Part shown: piece after piece, positions 52,360-64,000 of the stretch
Layout of the letters: each line of letters starts with the position of its first letter
How positions within the stretch are numbered: position 1 is the first letter of the stretch
Assembly: GCF_006345805.1 (NCBI RefSeq)
Contig: NC_043005.1
Span: 93,868,001 to 93,932,000 of the forward strand
DNA length: 64,000 bases
Source: Octopus sinensis
Lineage: Eukaryota
Direction of reading: 5' to 3'
Notes under the pieces: generated by a model
Database searches by the model: none
What the model was told of the DNA's origin: nothing
What the model saw: the letters and a program-made list of their open reading frames with translations, nothing else
Made by a program: the position numbers and the translations under genes

Positions 52360-52993
52360 CTGCAAAAGCAAAAGAAAGAAAAATATAAAAGAAATCACTT
52401 TTAAAATTATGTAGACTTTCATTCCTAATCCCCTGAAAATATGCTTTCATTGCTAATCCCTCAATTGTTAAGGAGTTTACATAATACAATCAAACTAATC
52501 CTAATACAGTATCAGTATTAGGGCATATTTTATTGTCCCTCAGAGGGAAGGTAATTTCATTAAGGAAGATTTTGGATTTAGAACAGTAAAGCTCTGTACA
52601 TAATATACACAATATTAGCCCGTGTCTAGTGACACAATTTCTATAACTCTGTTGCAGTTAACCCTTTTGTTAATTGATTTTTGTTCAAATACACTGTCTC
52701 TGTATTAATTAATTTTGAAAATAACGAAAAATTTAGCAAAATGACTTTGTAATTATTAAGATGGTATGGAAAAAAAAAGCACTCAGTACACTTTGTTGAG
52801 TGGTTGATGTTAGGAAGGGTATCCAGCTCTAGAAATCATGCCAAAACAGATGGCAGTGCTTGGTGCAGTCAGAGAGTTTTTTAAGATAGTCCAAGTTCTT
52901 GGACTATCTTATAAAAAAACTCTCTGACGAAGCCTGTGTACTTATATATGCATAAATTAACCCTATAAACTTCTTGGACTATCTTATAAAAAC

Positions 52994-53115
52994 TCTCTGA
53001 CGAAGCCTAGAGGCATACCCAAGTACCCGAATTTTATCTACAGACTTACAATACACTGAAAAGATGGAAATAACATATGGGGTACTGTGACCTCTTGGCT
53101 GAAACAGCTGTAAGA
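52994..53115 (+). ncRNA. type-I hammerhead motif with a long stem II insert
   Basis: TCT CTGACGA AGCCTAGAGG...CCTCTTGGCT GAAAC AGCT GTA AGA. Confidence 0.65.
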
Positions 53116-54817
53116 AACTGTTCTTCTCTCTCTATTCTAGAAATTACTGGTACTTTACACATGTATTTATATATTATCTGAACTGTTTAAAATAAATAAA
53201 TAGACATAATATAATGTCTAACAGCTGATGAATACTACCTCTGGATTCCCTCCATTTTCTTCTTGCCATATATATATACAGATAGAAAATAGTGGAGGGA
53301 GGGAGGGGGTGAAAGAGGGAATTAGAGAAGGATGGAGGCAAAAAACAGTATAAAGGAGAGAGTCGCATCACTTAGTTGGAAATGGAATATTTGGGCCAGA
53401 TATGACCTGGTTAAATGCCTAAAGAATTAATATACTTGGTAGTATATTGTGGTTGTATAACAGAGTATAGTGTCCCAGCAAGTAATTGATATGGACACAC
53501 CAGCTGCCAAGAATGTGTTTGATGTGTAAAATTGGTATATGCAATAGTGCTGCACCACCAGTGGCTATTTGAGCAAGGAGTGTGTGGATGGTTGATGGGT
53601 TGGGTCTAGTACTGAGGAAAGAGTGGGCACTTCGGAAATGTGCATATGTGCTCATTGCCAATTCTTCTGCCTTCGATTGCATTGAGAGCATGTTGGGATG
53701 AAGCATTGTAACAAATCAGTGTTGGCTGTGGTTTCTAAAGAAGGTCTGTAGAGAAAACCTTGAAAAGTGCTTTTCAAATAAAAGAATGAAATTAATCAAA
53801 GAGTCTGAAGAATTTGTTCGGCAACTCGTCTTGTCTTATATATATATAAGTATGGTATCCATAAAGAATAACAGGATTTGATTTTGGAATTAATTATGCA
53901 AAGAAATTTTTCAAGCTGAAATAATGTAATAATTCTTTGATTACAGCATTCTTTGGAAGATGCTTGAGCTCCTTTTTTATATCTGAATAATGTTTGATTG
54001 TTCTTTGGGTTTCTCTTATAATGCTTTGCTCAGCTTTCCTTTCTCCTGCCAATTATCATTTTCTTTCATCCAGACTTCCCATGTGTGTTTGTTTTAATTG
54101 ATTCAAAATAAAAGAATGAATTCCTTTATATGATACAAATAGATGGCAGAGAAACTGAATGGAACCAAGATAAAAATTCCAACTTGATTCAATGCAAAAA
54201 CAAATAAATTACGAGTAGTCATTGGGACGTGGAGAGAGTGTATTGTGAGGAGAGAGAAAGAGAGTTGGTGGAATGAAGAGCAACATTCCAAATGGATCCG
54301 AAAAACAAACTATTTATAAATACCAATAGTTTCCAGCATTGGCATTTCAGCCAACGATGACATATTGATTGGTCTGGCACTGATTTACTGTCTCACATGT
54401 TATCAGTGTTTTATTTTAGTTATGGCTATGTTTACACTGTCTTTTTGTTTTTCCTTATTATCAATTTATTTATCTCTTTAATGATTCATGAAGTGCACCC
54501 AGAAATAATCCAAATAATGGTGTTTCTAATCATTTTTAATGTTCTGCTAGATTTATCATCATTTATTGTCCACTTTTCCAGGCCTGCATGGGTCAGACAG
54601 AATTTGTCGAGTAAGATTTTCTATGACTGGATGACCTTGCCATTGCCAGCTCCCATCTGTTTCCAGGCAGCGTAATACTTCCTCATATCACAACATGTTT
54701 TCCAAGGAACATTAGAAACAAATAACCTCTCTTGTATGACAGTGATGCTCTTTTACAAGCATCACTGGCTGTGGTTTCTAAAGAAGGTCTGTAGAGAAAA
54801 CCTGATTTTATCTTTTA

Positions 54818-55598
54818 CTAGCAGAATTGCCCGGCGTTGCTCGGGGCTGAATTGCTTGAAAGTACTGTTAATGATTGCACTGAATTATGATGATTATTCA
54901 GGCAAATATTGATATAAGTTTACGGTGGGAGATAAGGACTTAATGATAAAATGTGTGCCATTGCATTGTTTTGGGGGAACCAAATTTCTGATGAGCATTA
55001 TAGGGGCACCAACTTTAAGTTTGAGAAAGTGTGGTGGTAGTCCGGAGTTGTATCGATAGACTGATATACTTCCCCAGGAATGAGTTTTAGCATTTCATCA
55101 TTAATATGGTGAACAGTTTTATTCCTCGGGGCCAGTATAGCCTTTTTGCCAATCCAATCCATATTCTGATAATTAGCTTGTAGATCTGGGAACACTGCAT
55201 CTCTGAGATCAGAAGGCGTCTTAACAATGGTACAAATGGAATCGATGGCAATATTACCATTTTCATCCCCTGGTATTTTGCCTTCGCCAAGTGCAAGGAG
55301 GGTGTGAGGAAATGCTGCTGATGTGATATTACGTCGCATATGAGCACGCATATTGGTGTGAAGTTTGAGAGTTACTTCCCTTTATTAAAAAAAATATGCA
55401 TTAAAATGGAAAAAAATGATGGTAAATTATTTGTAAAATCATAGACTCATCGTAGACGCGCGCTAATACCCAGAAGGGCTCGATATGAATCACGACTGTA
55501 AGATACCCGGTTTTGGTTAAACTGCATTGCAAAATGTGGGAGTAGTTAGGAATCTAAATCGGAGTAGACAGACACACAACCTTTCTTTTATATATAGA
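54818..55598 (-). mobile_element. non-autonomous Helitron carrying a Pif1 helicase fragment
   Basis: A|TC...hairpin-CTAG|T termini; MRAH...LLALGEG...AVFPD...KAILAPRN...LIPGEVYQSIDT. Confidence 0.88.
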
Positions 55599-55599
55599 T

Positions 55600-56770
55600 A
55601 TTTTCGTCCTAAAAAACTTTGTATGGATTGAATGGTTACCTCTATGGAAATATATACATGCACATTATACATACATGTGTGTATAGATGAATATATAAAT
55701 ACATTTAAATATCTATATACACTTTTGGGCGATCTTTCTTTTTCTTAGAGATAACTTTAGATCTTATATTCGTCCTAAAAAACTTTGTATGGAGTGAAAG
55801 GTTACCTCTATGGAAATATATACACGCACATTATACATACATCTGTGTATAGATGAATATATAAATACATTTAAATATCTATATACACTTTTGGGCGATC
55901 TTTCTTTTTCTTAGAGATAACTTTAGATCTTATATTCGTCCTAAAAAACTTTGTATGGAGTGAAAGGTTACCTCTATGGAAATATATACACACACATTAT
56001 ACATACATCTGTGTATAGATGAATATATAAATACATTTAAATATCTATATACACTTTTGGGCGATCTTTCTTTTTCTTAGAGATAACTTTAGATCTTATA
56101 TTCGTCCTAAAAAACTTTGTATGGAGTGAATGGTTACCTCTATGGAAATATATACACACACATTATACATACATGTGTGCATAGATGAATATATAAATAC
56201 ATTTAAATATCTATATACACTTTTGGGCGATCTTTCTTTTTCTTAGAGATAACTTTAGATCTTATATTCATCCTAAAAAACTTTGTATGGAGTGAAAGGT
56301 TACCTCTATGGAAATATATACACACACATTATACATACATCTGTGTATAGATGAATATATAAATACATTTAAATATCTATATACACTTTTGGGCGATCTT
56401 TCTTTTTCTTAGAGATAACTTTAGATCTTATATTCGCCCTAAAAAACTTTGTATGGAGTGAATGGTTACCTCTATGGAAATATATACACACACATTATAC
56501 ATACATGTGTGCATAGATGAATATATAAATACATTTAAATATCTATATACACTTTTGGGCGATCTTTCTGCTACTTGTATATACTTTAGATCTTATATTC
56601 GTCCTAAAAAACTTTGTATGGAGTGAAAGGTTACCGCTATGGAAATATATACACACACATTATACATACATCTGTGTATAGATGAATATATAAATACATT
56701 TAAATATCTATATACACTTTTGGGCGATCTTTCTGCTACTTGGATATAGGTCTTATATTCGTCGTAAAAA
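55600..56770. repeat. 166-bp satellite, about 7 units
   Basis: agatcttatatt at 55759, 55925, 56091, 56257, 56423 and 56588. Confidence 0.95.
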
Positions 56771-57191
56771 ACGCACACACACACACGCATCCTCACACAC
56801 ACACACACACGCACACACTCACACGTTAGCTTACAATTTTATTTATATATTTGCATGTCTATGTGTTTAAAGAGGAAGTGGGAATGTAGAGTGAAAGAGT
56901 CACTCACTACAGAAAGTGAATTACTTTCACTTTATTCGTTGCACACTGTGTGTGTGCGTTTGCGTGTGCTGTATCCCACACTAAGAGAAGCATTTGACTC
57001 ATACACCACAATGTGAGTTTTCTCTAAATTTTGCTTAATTGGGGTTGAAATTTTAAAAAGTGGACCTGGCACGACCCGATGCATTCTACTCTTAAAAATG
57101 CTAGGTAAATTGTAATTGAAGAAATCCTATATTGTAGATTTCTATAAGATACAAAGGGAGGCAGATAAAATCTGCCTTTTATAATAAGAGA
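56730..57191 (-). mobile_element. Helitron-like 5' segment (same family as 30850-31354)
   Basis: Collinear similarity and A|TC start. Confidence 0.55.
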
Positions 57192-57353
57192 TTTGCTTCA
57201 GCCATTGCAGTGTGCTTATGCCAGGGCTCTGCCTTGAAGAATTTCAGTTCAACAAATCAACCCCATTAATTGTTTTTGTCTTTTTTAAGCCTAGTATTTA
57301 TTCTTTTGTTCTCTTTTGCTGAACCGCCAAGTTACAGAAATATAAACACACAA

Positions 57354-57384
<31 letters not shown>

Positions 57385-58249
57385 CACACACAATGGGCTT
57401 CTTGGCTTCTTTTAGTTTCCATCTCCCAAAATCTACTCATAAGACTTTGGTTGGTCCAGGGCTATAGTAGAAGATATTTGCACAAGGTACCACACAGTGG
57501 GACTGAACCAAAGAGAACACACACATTAGGGAAGAAGCCTTTCCAACAACACAGCTATGCCTTCTAGATTAGAAAGTGAATATCTCATTGTTTTTCATCA
57601 TCATCATAGCATGCATCAACAAACTTACTGATTGCTATAAACAAGAGTCCCTGCTCTTATTAGATTTATCAGTCCAGCAGGGTAGCCTTGGCTGAAGTGA
57701 CTCAGAATGAAAAGGAAATGCTGTGATGTCTCAAAGTTTCCTTACATTGGTGACTAGCATGCGTTTGAGATACACGTTGTCTAAAGAGAAGAGATGTTCT
57801 CCAATGATGGAAAACAACAGGGATCAGATATTCACATCCAAATCTACCAGAATCTATTCATGAATAGTTATCTTTTCTCTCTCTTTTTCGTCTTACTATT
57901 TGAAATCTTTTGTTTCTCACATTCTATAACTCAATCACCTAACTCTTTTTCTCTTTGTTTTTCATTAAACTACTCAACACTTCTTTCTCTCTCTCCCTCA
58001 CCTTTACTCCATGCTCTCTCTCTCTCTCTCTGAATTTTCATCCCACTCCTTTTTTTCCTCTCACTTTCTCATCATCTTTTACACTCTATTTTTTCCATTT
58101 TCTTTTCAATCTTACTCTTTCTTTCACATACACTTGCTTCCCAACAGTAATAGTTGCTATGACAACAAGTGAATTAATAGTATGTATAAGTTACACTACA
58201 GCATGATAGAACCAACCAACAAAAAAGTACATACACATTATATATATAT

Positions 58250-58740
58250 ATCATCATCATCATCATCGTTTAACGTCTGCTTACCATGCTGGTATGGGTT
58301 GGACGATTTGACTGAGGACTGGCGAACCAGATGGCTGCACCAGGCTCCAATCTGGCACGGTTTCTACAGCTGGATGCCCTTCATAAGGCCAACTGCTCCG
58401 ACAGTGTAGTGGGTGCTTTTATGTGCCACCGGCATGAAGGCCAGTTAGGCGGATCTGGCAATGGCCACGCTCAAAAGATGTTTTTTATGTGCCACCTGCA
58501 CAGGAGCCAGTCTGGCAGCATTGGCAATGACCATGCTCAAATGTTGTTTTTCACATGCTACTGCCACCTGTGCCAGTAAGGCGACACTGGCAACGATCAC
58601 GCTCGAATGGTGCTTTTTACGTGCCACCAACACAGGAGCCAATCAGTGGCCCTGGCAACAATCACGCTCAGATGGTGCTTTTAACGCTCCACTGGCACAA
58701 GTACCAATCAGGCAGTACTGTCATCGGCCATGTCAGCGAA
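58250..58740 (-). mobile_element. RTE-type 3'UTR copy with tandem subunits
   Basis: catcatcgtttaacgtc tail plus repeated gtgctttttacgtgccac units. Confidence 0.75.
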
Positions 58741-58769
58741 ACACACACACACAAATTATATATACATAA

Positions 58770-59330
58770 TGTGAGAAAGTGCTGGCTGCCTCTGTGCATT
58801 GCATTTATTGATTACGAGAAAGCCTTTGACAGCACTGATATATCAACGCAGTACTGCAAGCTCTCAGGGAACAAGGTGTGACAATGCAGTATGTTACCCA
58901 CCTTAGGGAGGTGAATAATGGGTGCACAACGAATGTGGATCTGTTATCCTCAACAGTGAATGTTCCGGTGGAGAAGGGTGTCAAGCAAGGCTTTCTGTAG
59001 CATGTCTCAAGATGGTCATGCGAGACATCAACTGGAATGGAGGACATAAAGATAAATGGAGAGCTGATCAACCATCTGAGATTTGCTGATGGCGGAGAGC
59101 AGTGGTCAGCTGTTGACCATGCTGGATGAACTGGATTGCAGGGGTTCGGCAGTCAGCCTGAAGACCAACCATACAGAAACCAAGTACATGTGGCCTGAGG
59201 GTATACCAATCAGTCACTTAACAGCCAGACATGACGAAAAAGAAGAGGTGAGCAGCTATGTGTATCTTGGTCAAGAAGTGACTGTAAAGCAAGAGATGAA
59301 GAATGAGATCTTGCAATGGGTAAGATATAA
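58770..59330 (+). mobile_element. decayed RTE-like RT fragment
   Basis: LPLCIAFIDYEKAFDS, GVKQG, INHLRFAD, YVYLGQEV. Confidence 0.7.
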
Positions 59331-59574
59331 TATATACAGAGTCAATAAAACATATATCGGAAAAAAAGCACACTCTGAAGAATAGAGCTAAAACAAAAAG
59401 TTAAATTCTGGTCATAGAGTTATTAAAGGTTTTGTATCCATGAAAGTCACAGCTTTGTGGACAGCTTGTCAGGCTACATACAAAGACACAAAAAAATTAA
59501 ACTTTCTACCTTGCAGATGTGGGGAAATGCTTAAATAGAGATTTAATGGCTAATCAAACATATATATTTATATA

Positions 59575-59638
<64 letters not shown>

Positions 59639-60004
59639 CATTATCATTAAATTCTGTTGTCCATGCTGGCATGGGCTGGATGGTTTGACCCGGACTGGCA
59701 AACTGGAAAGCTGCACCAGACCCCAGTCAGATTTGGCATAGTTTCTGTGGCTGGATGCCTTTCCTAACCCTAACCACTCTGAGAGTGTAATGGGTGCTTT
59801 TACGTGCCACCACCACGGGTGCCAATTGCATGATACTAGTATCTGCCATGACTGCAGTTTTGCTTGGCTTGCGGGGTCTTCTCAAGCACGACATAATGCC
59901 AAAGGTCTCAGTAATTGCCTCTGTGAGGTCGAACAACTGAAAGTAGCTCAGCCACTTTGTCTCCATGAGGCCCAACACTCAAAAGAGGCATTTTACGTGG
60001 CACT

Positions 60005-60069
<65 letters not shown>

Positions 60070-60099
60070 GCTTTTATATATATAAAAATCACAAATCCC

Positions 60100-60540
60100 T
60101 CCAGGTTAATAGTTCTGCTAGGCGTCGGTAGAATCTCCATCTGAGAAGGTAGTTTTTGTGTGTGACAGATGCACAGGGGCAATAAACACTGAAGATGTAC
60201 AGAAAACAGATTCCATCACATCCCAAGGGGAAAAACTAGAAGCAGTTGATAGGTTCTGTTACCTAAGTGACCAAGTAAGTAGTGGGGGTGGAAGCTCCAA
60301 GAGTGTAGCTGATAGAATAAGAGTAGTCTGGGCAAAGTTCAGAGAGCTCCTACCTCTGCTGGTAACAAAGGGTCTCTTGCTAAGTGAAAAGTAGATACCT
60401 GTGTGCAAACAGCCATGTTACACAGCAGTGAAACATGAACTGTGACTGCTGAGGACAAGTGTAGGCTTGAAAGAAATGAAGATAGTATGCTCTGCTAGAT
60501 GTGTAATGTCAGTGTGTATACACAACTGAGTGTAAGTGCA
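60100..60540 (+). mobile_element. RTE LINE fragment
   Basis: VCDRCTGAINTE...DRFCYLSDQVSSGGG...RIRVVWAKFRELLPLL, similar to 23680-24050. Confidence 0.8.
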
Positions 60541-61099
60541 GCATTGGACTGCTTCAAGCTCCATTGTTAGTTTGGCACTATGTGGTGACCATGGATGCAC
60601 AATGACCCAGTGGTTAGGGCAGTGGACTCGCAGTTGTAGGATCATGGTCTCAGTTCCCAGACCAGGTGTTGTGAGCATTTCTTGAGTGAAAACACCTAAA
60701 GCTCCACATGGCTCCGGTAGGATTTGGTGGCAAACCGTGCTGTACTCTCTTGCCACAACCTTCTCTCACTCTTTCTTTCTGTTTCTGTTGTACCTATATT
60801 TCAAAGGGCTAGCATTGTCACACACTGTGTCCCACTGAATCTCCCTGAGAACTAAATTAAGGGTACACGTGTTTGTGGAGTGCTCAGTCACTTGCACGTT
60901 AATTTCATGAGCAGGCTGTTCTGTTGATCATATCAACTGGAACCCTCATCGTCATAATCAACAGGTATGTGGAGACCATACCTGGGAGCAGTAGTCCAGG
61001 CGACTGAGAACAAAGGTTCTCCACAGGGTCAACATAGTTGGAGCCAGTAATGGCAAAGTCTGGATATTTGGTACTATGCAGTGGCACTCCATCCTGCTG

Positions 61100-62155
61100 T
61101 TTGTGAAAATGGTAAGGAATTGTATTGGGACCACTGCTGTTCATGGTGGCTCTTTCAGACATGCCACAGGTTACACAGACAGCCACACTTACTAGCTATG
61201 CTAACGACACAAAAGTAGTACAAGCAGTCAAGGTACCTTCTGATGCTAATCTTCAACAGAAATATATAAATGGGTTGAGGAAAAGAGCATGTAGTTTAAT
61301 GCAGGCAAATTCCAAGCCCTCCGCTACCAACTAATTGGTGCTCAGAAGACACAACAATGATACTTTGGACTAAAAGGAGTGGCAATCCCAGTGTCACATA
61401 CAGTGCATGACCTGGGGATGCCTCGTTTCACATGCATATCACCAAGTTGGTGGCAGTGTGCAGTCGAATGGATGAACATTCAGAACAAAGGACCAAGAAA
61501 CTATGCTGGTTCTACGGAGGACATTTGTACTCAGCCATCTGGACAGTTGCTCTCAACTGTGATCACTCTACAGTGTCAAATTAATAGCAGAACTTGAGGC
61601 AGTTCAGCGATGTAACACCAGGAAGATTGCATCAATGGAACAGCTGAGCTACTGGGAGAGGTATGCAGTGGTGTATGTATGGAAGATCCTGGAAGGGCTA
61701 GCATCAAACTTTGGAATTGAGAGCTATACAAGGCCCTGAACTGGATGTCACTGCACTGTTCCAAAGGTCGAGAGCTATACAAGGCCCTGAACTGGATGTC
61801 ACTGTACTGTTCTAAAGGTCCTAGCTATCCCATCTAAAGTGAGGACTATGTACTGCAATAGCTTGGCATTTAAGGGCTCCAACTATTTAACCCTCTGCCA
61901 AAACATCTGAAGGCCCACAGCTATTGAACACCTTGCCGAAACATCTAAGGGATCTGAGATGTTTTCAAGAAACAACTTGACCTTCTGCTATCCAAGGTCC
62001 CATATGAACCAATATCAAGGCAGGAAACACAAAAAAGGAAAGCAGTGTCGAACTCTCTCCTTCACCAAAAGCCAATCACATAGAATTGACCATTAAAGAG
62101 GTGATTACACTGGCATTTCCCCAGCATGGTCACAGCCTTAGATGCTGAAGCATGT
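61100..62155 (+). mobile_element. older CR1-group LINE 3' fragment with a 51-bp tandem duplication (61721-61820)
   Basis: GPLLFMVALSDMP...SYANDTKV; 3' end cccagcatggtcacagc. Confidence 0.75.
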
Positions 62156-62510
62156 AATATATATATATTTCTTTACTACCCACAAGGGGCTAAACACAAA
62201 GGGGACAAACGGATTAAGTTGATTACATCGACCCCAGTGCATAACTGGTACTTAATTTATCGACCCCGATAGGATGAAAGGCAAAGTCGACCTTGGCGGA
62301 ATTTGAACTCAGAACATAACAACAAACGAAATACGGCTATGCATTTTGCTAACGTTTCTGCCAGCTCACCGCCTTCATGTAAACATATATATATATATAT
62401 ATATATATAATTATTTAAAGCATATTACTCTACCACTGGTATTTGAGTACTCTTTTTTCCACTTGTTTCACATTTATGTTTACTCCGGTATATATATATA
62501 TATATATATA

Positions 62511-63569
62511 CTTTATTTAAGCAGCAGAAAATTCAACAAAATCTGTTACTCTGAGTTTCTCGTTGCCGTTCATCAGACAGTTTTTGCTAAATGGAACATA
62601 TATATAATTCAATCTATACTCTTACAAACGCTACACCTTAAAAAGAAATGGATTGTTTATTGGCCTTTAGAAAAACGGTCAATCTTCGAGCGATAAACAA
62701 AAAGGTCAAAAATATATGTATATATATACTTATAAAAAACTTATAAAAATTATAATAAAATCGAGGAAAAAACCTATTGCGTTAATGAAGACAGTACAAA
62801 TTAATGCATAGAAATTAAACCTGTAAAATACTGCATACATATTGATATTAAAATCATAATATTCAACATACACAAAAGGATGCGCGTAAACGCCATACAT
62901 ACATATACAGACGTAGAATATGATCTAAATTATACACATAAAAGCATGTGTACATATATTCACGCAAACCGTCTCGCACGCAAGCTAAAATTCATCTATG
63001 TAGCAATTCTCATATACTGAGCAGGAGGGGAACGACCCTTTCTTTCGTTCCCCTCCTTGCTCAGTATATGAGAATGCTAATAGATGAATTTTAGCTTGCG
63101 TGCGAGACGGTTTGCGTGAATATATGTACACATGTTTATGTGTATAATAGATTCATATTCATACGTCTGTATATGTATGTATGGCGTTTACGCGCATCAT
63201 TTTGTGTATGTTGATATATATTGTGGATTTAATAAAATGTATGCAGTATTTATAACAGGTTTAATTTCTATGCATTAATTTGTACTGTCTTCATTAACGG
63301 CAATAGGTTTTTTCCTCGGATTTTATAATTTTATAATTATAAGTTTTTTTGATATATAACATATATTTTTGACCTTTTGTTTATCGCTCGAAGATTGACC
63401 GTTTTTTCTAAAGGGCCAATCAAACAAGTCCATTTCTTTTAAAGGTGTAGCGTTGTAAGAGTATAGATTGAATTAATATATATGTTCCATTCTAGCAAAA
63501 ACTGTCTGATGAACAGCAACGAGAAATCAGAGTAACAGATTTGTTGAATTTCTGCGCTTAAAATAAAGC
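62511..63569. repeat. about 525-bp-arm fold-back (inverted PLE-like terminal repeat), with an about 80-bp segment repeated directly on both sides
   Basis: Arms 62511-63035 and 63045-63569 are reverse complements; direct repeats at about 62419-62500 and 63568-63650. Confidence 0.9.
62543..62580 (-). ncRNA. minimal hammerhead motif (degenerate mirror copy at 63502-63538, +)
   Basis: CTGT CTGATGA ACG GCAA CGA GAA ACT CAG AGT A ACAG. Confidence 0.6.
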
Positions 63570-64000
63570 ATATTACTCTACCACTGGTATTTGAGTACTC
63601 TTTTTTCCACCTTGTTTCACATTTATGTGTTTACTCCGGTATATATATATCTATATATATTATATATATATATATATATATATGCATATACACACACAAT
63701 CATCATCGTTATCATCATCTTTTAACATCAGTTGCCCATACTGACAGGAGTTGGTCAGTTAGACCAGAGATGGCAGGAATTCCATATGGTGTACACAATA
63801 TAAGCTATGGACACACAAGAGGTGCAATGGGAAGTTATCAGAGACGGTAGTGTTTGTATGTGGAAGATGCACAGGAGCCATAAAAACTACAGATACTCAG
63901 GAAATTGATTCTCTCAAATGCCCTGGTGGCTCATTAGCTAGAGGTAGGGGATAATTTCTGCTATCTAGAGGACCAAATTAGATGTGGGGGAGGATGCACA

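Noticed and set aside
55600-56770. CRISPR-like regular repeats, also at 32100-32945
   Set aside because: Head-to-tail satellites without unique spacers, in a eukaryotic context with no cas genes.
57629-57691. 63-nt phase 2 to 2 candidate upstream exon (QGYPAGLINLIRAGTLVYSN)
   Set aside because: Phase-compatible, but the similarity to the PH N-terminus is too weak to support; it needs RNA-seq.

Overview
AT-rich eukaryotic, intron-dominated DNA. The repeat landscape (RTE, CR1 and R4 LINEs, tRNA-derived SINEs, Penelope-like elements, Helitrons, long TA/TACA microsatellites) looks like an Octopus genome; that assignment is inference from repeat recognition. One host gene runs on the minus strand: the 5' part of an OCRL/INPP5B-type inositol polyphosphate 5-phosphatase. 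I reconstructed it by hand as 7 phase-compatible exons plus 1 frame-broken candidate, covering the PH domain, the linker and the start of the catalytic domain (GTWNVNG). The first exons were not identified in the window and the gene continues below position 131. The introns hold a near-complete RTE LINE, a near-full-length CR1-like LINE whose ORF1 has a Myb/SANT-trihelix plus a CCCH finger, further CR1 copies, PLE remnants, Helitrons with a 166-bp satellite, a deleted Gypsy element and a Chapaev3-like transposase relic. The most striking signal is a set of minimal type-I hammerhead ribozyme folds from several unrelated repeat families. One has a compensatory G3-C8 core, and two lie in the sense orientation of the host gene. 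All alignments and folds were done by eye.
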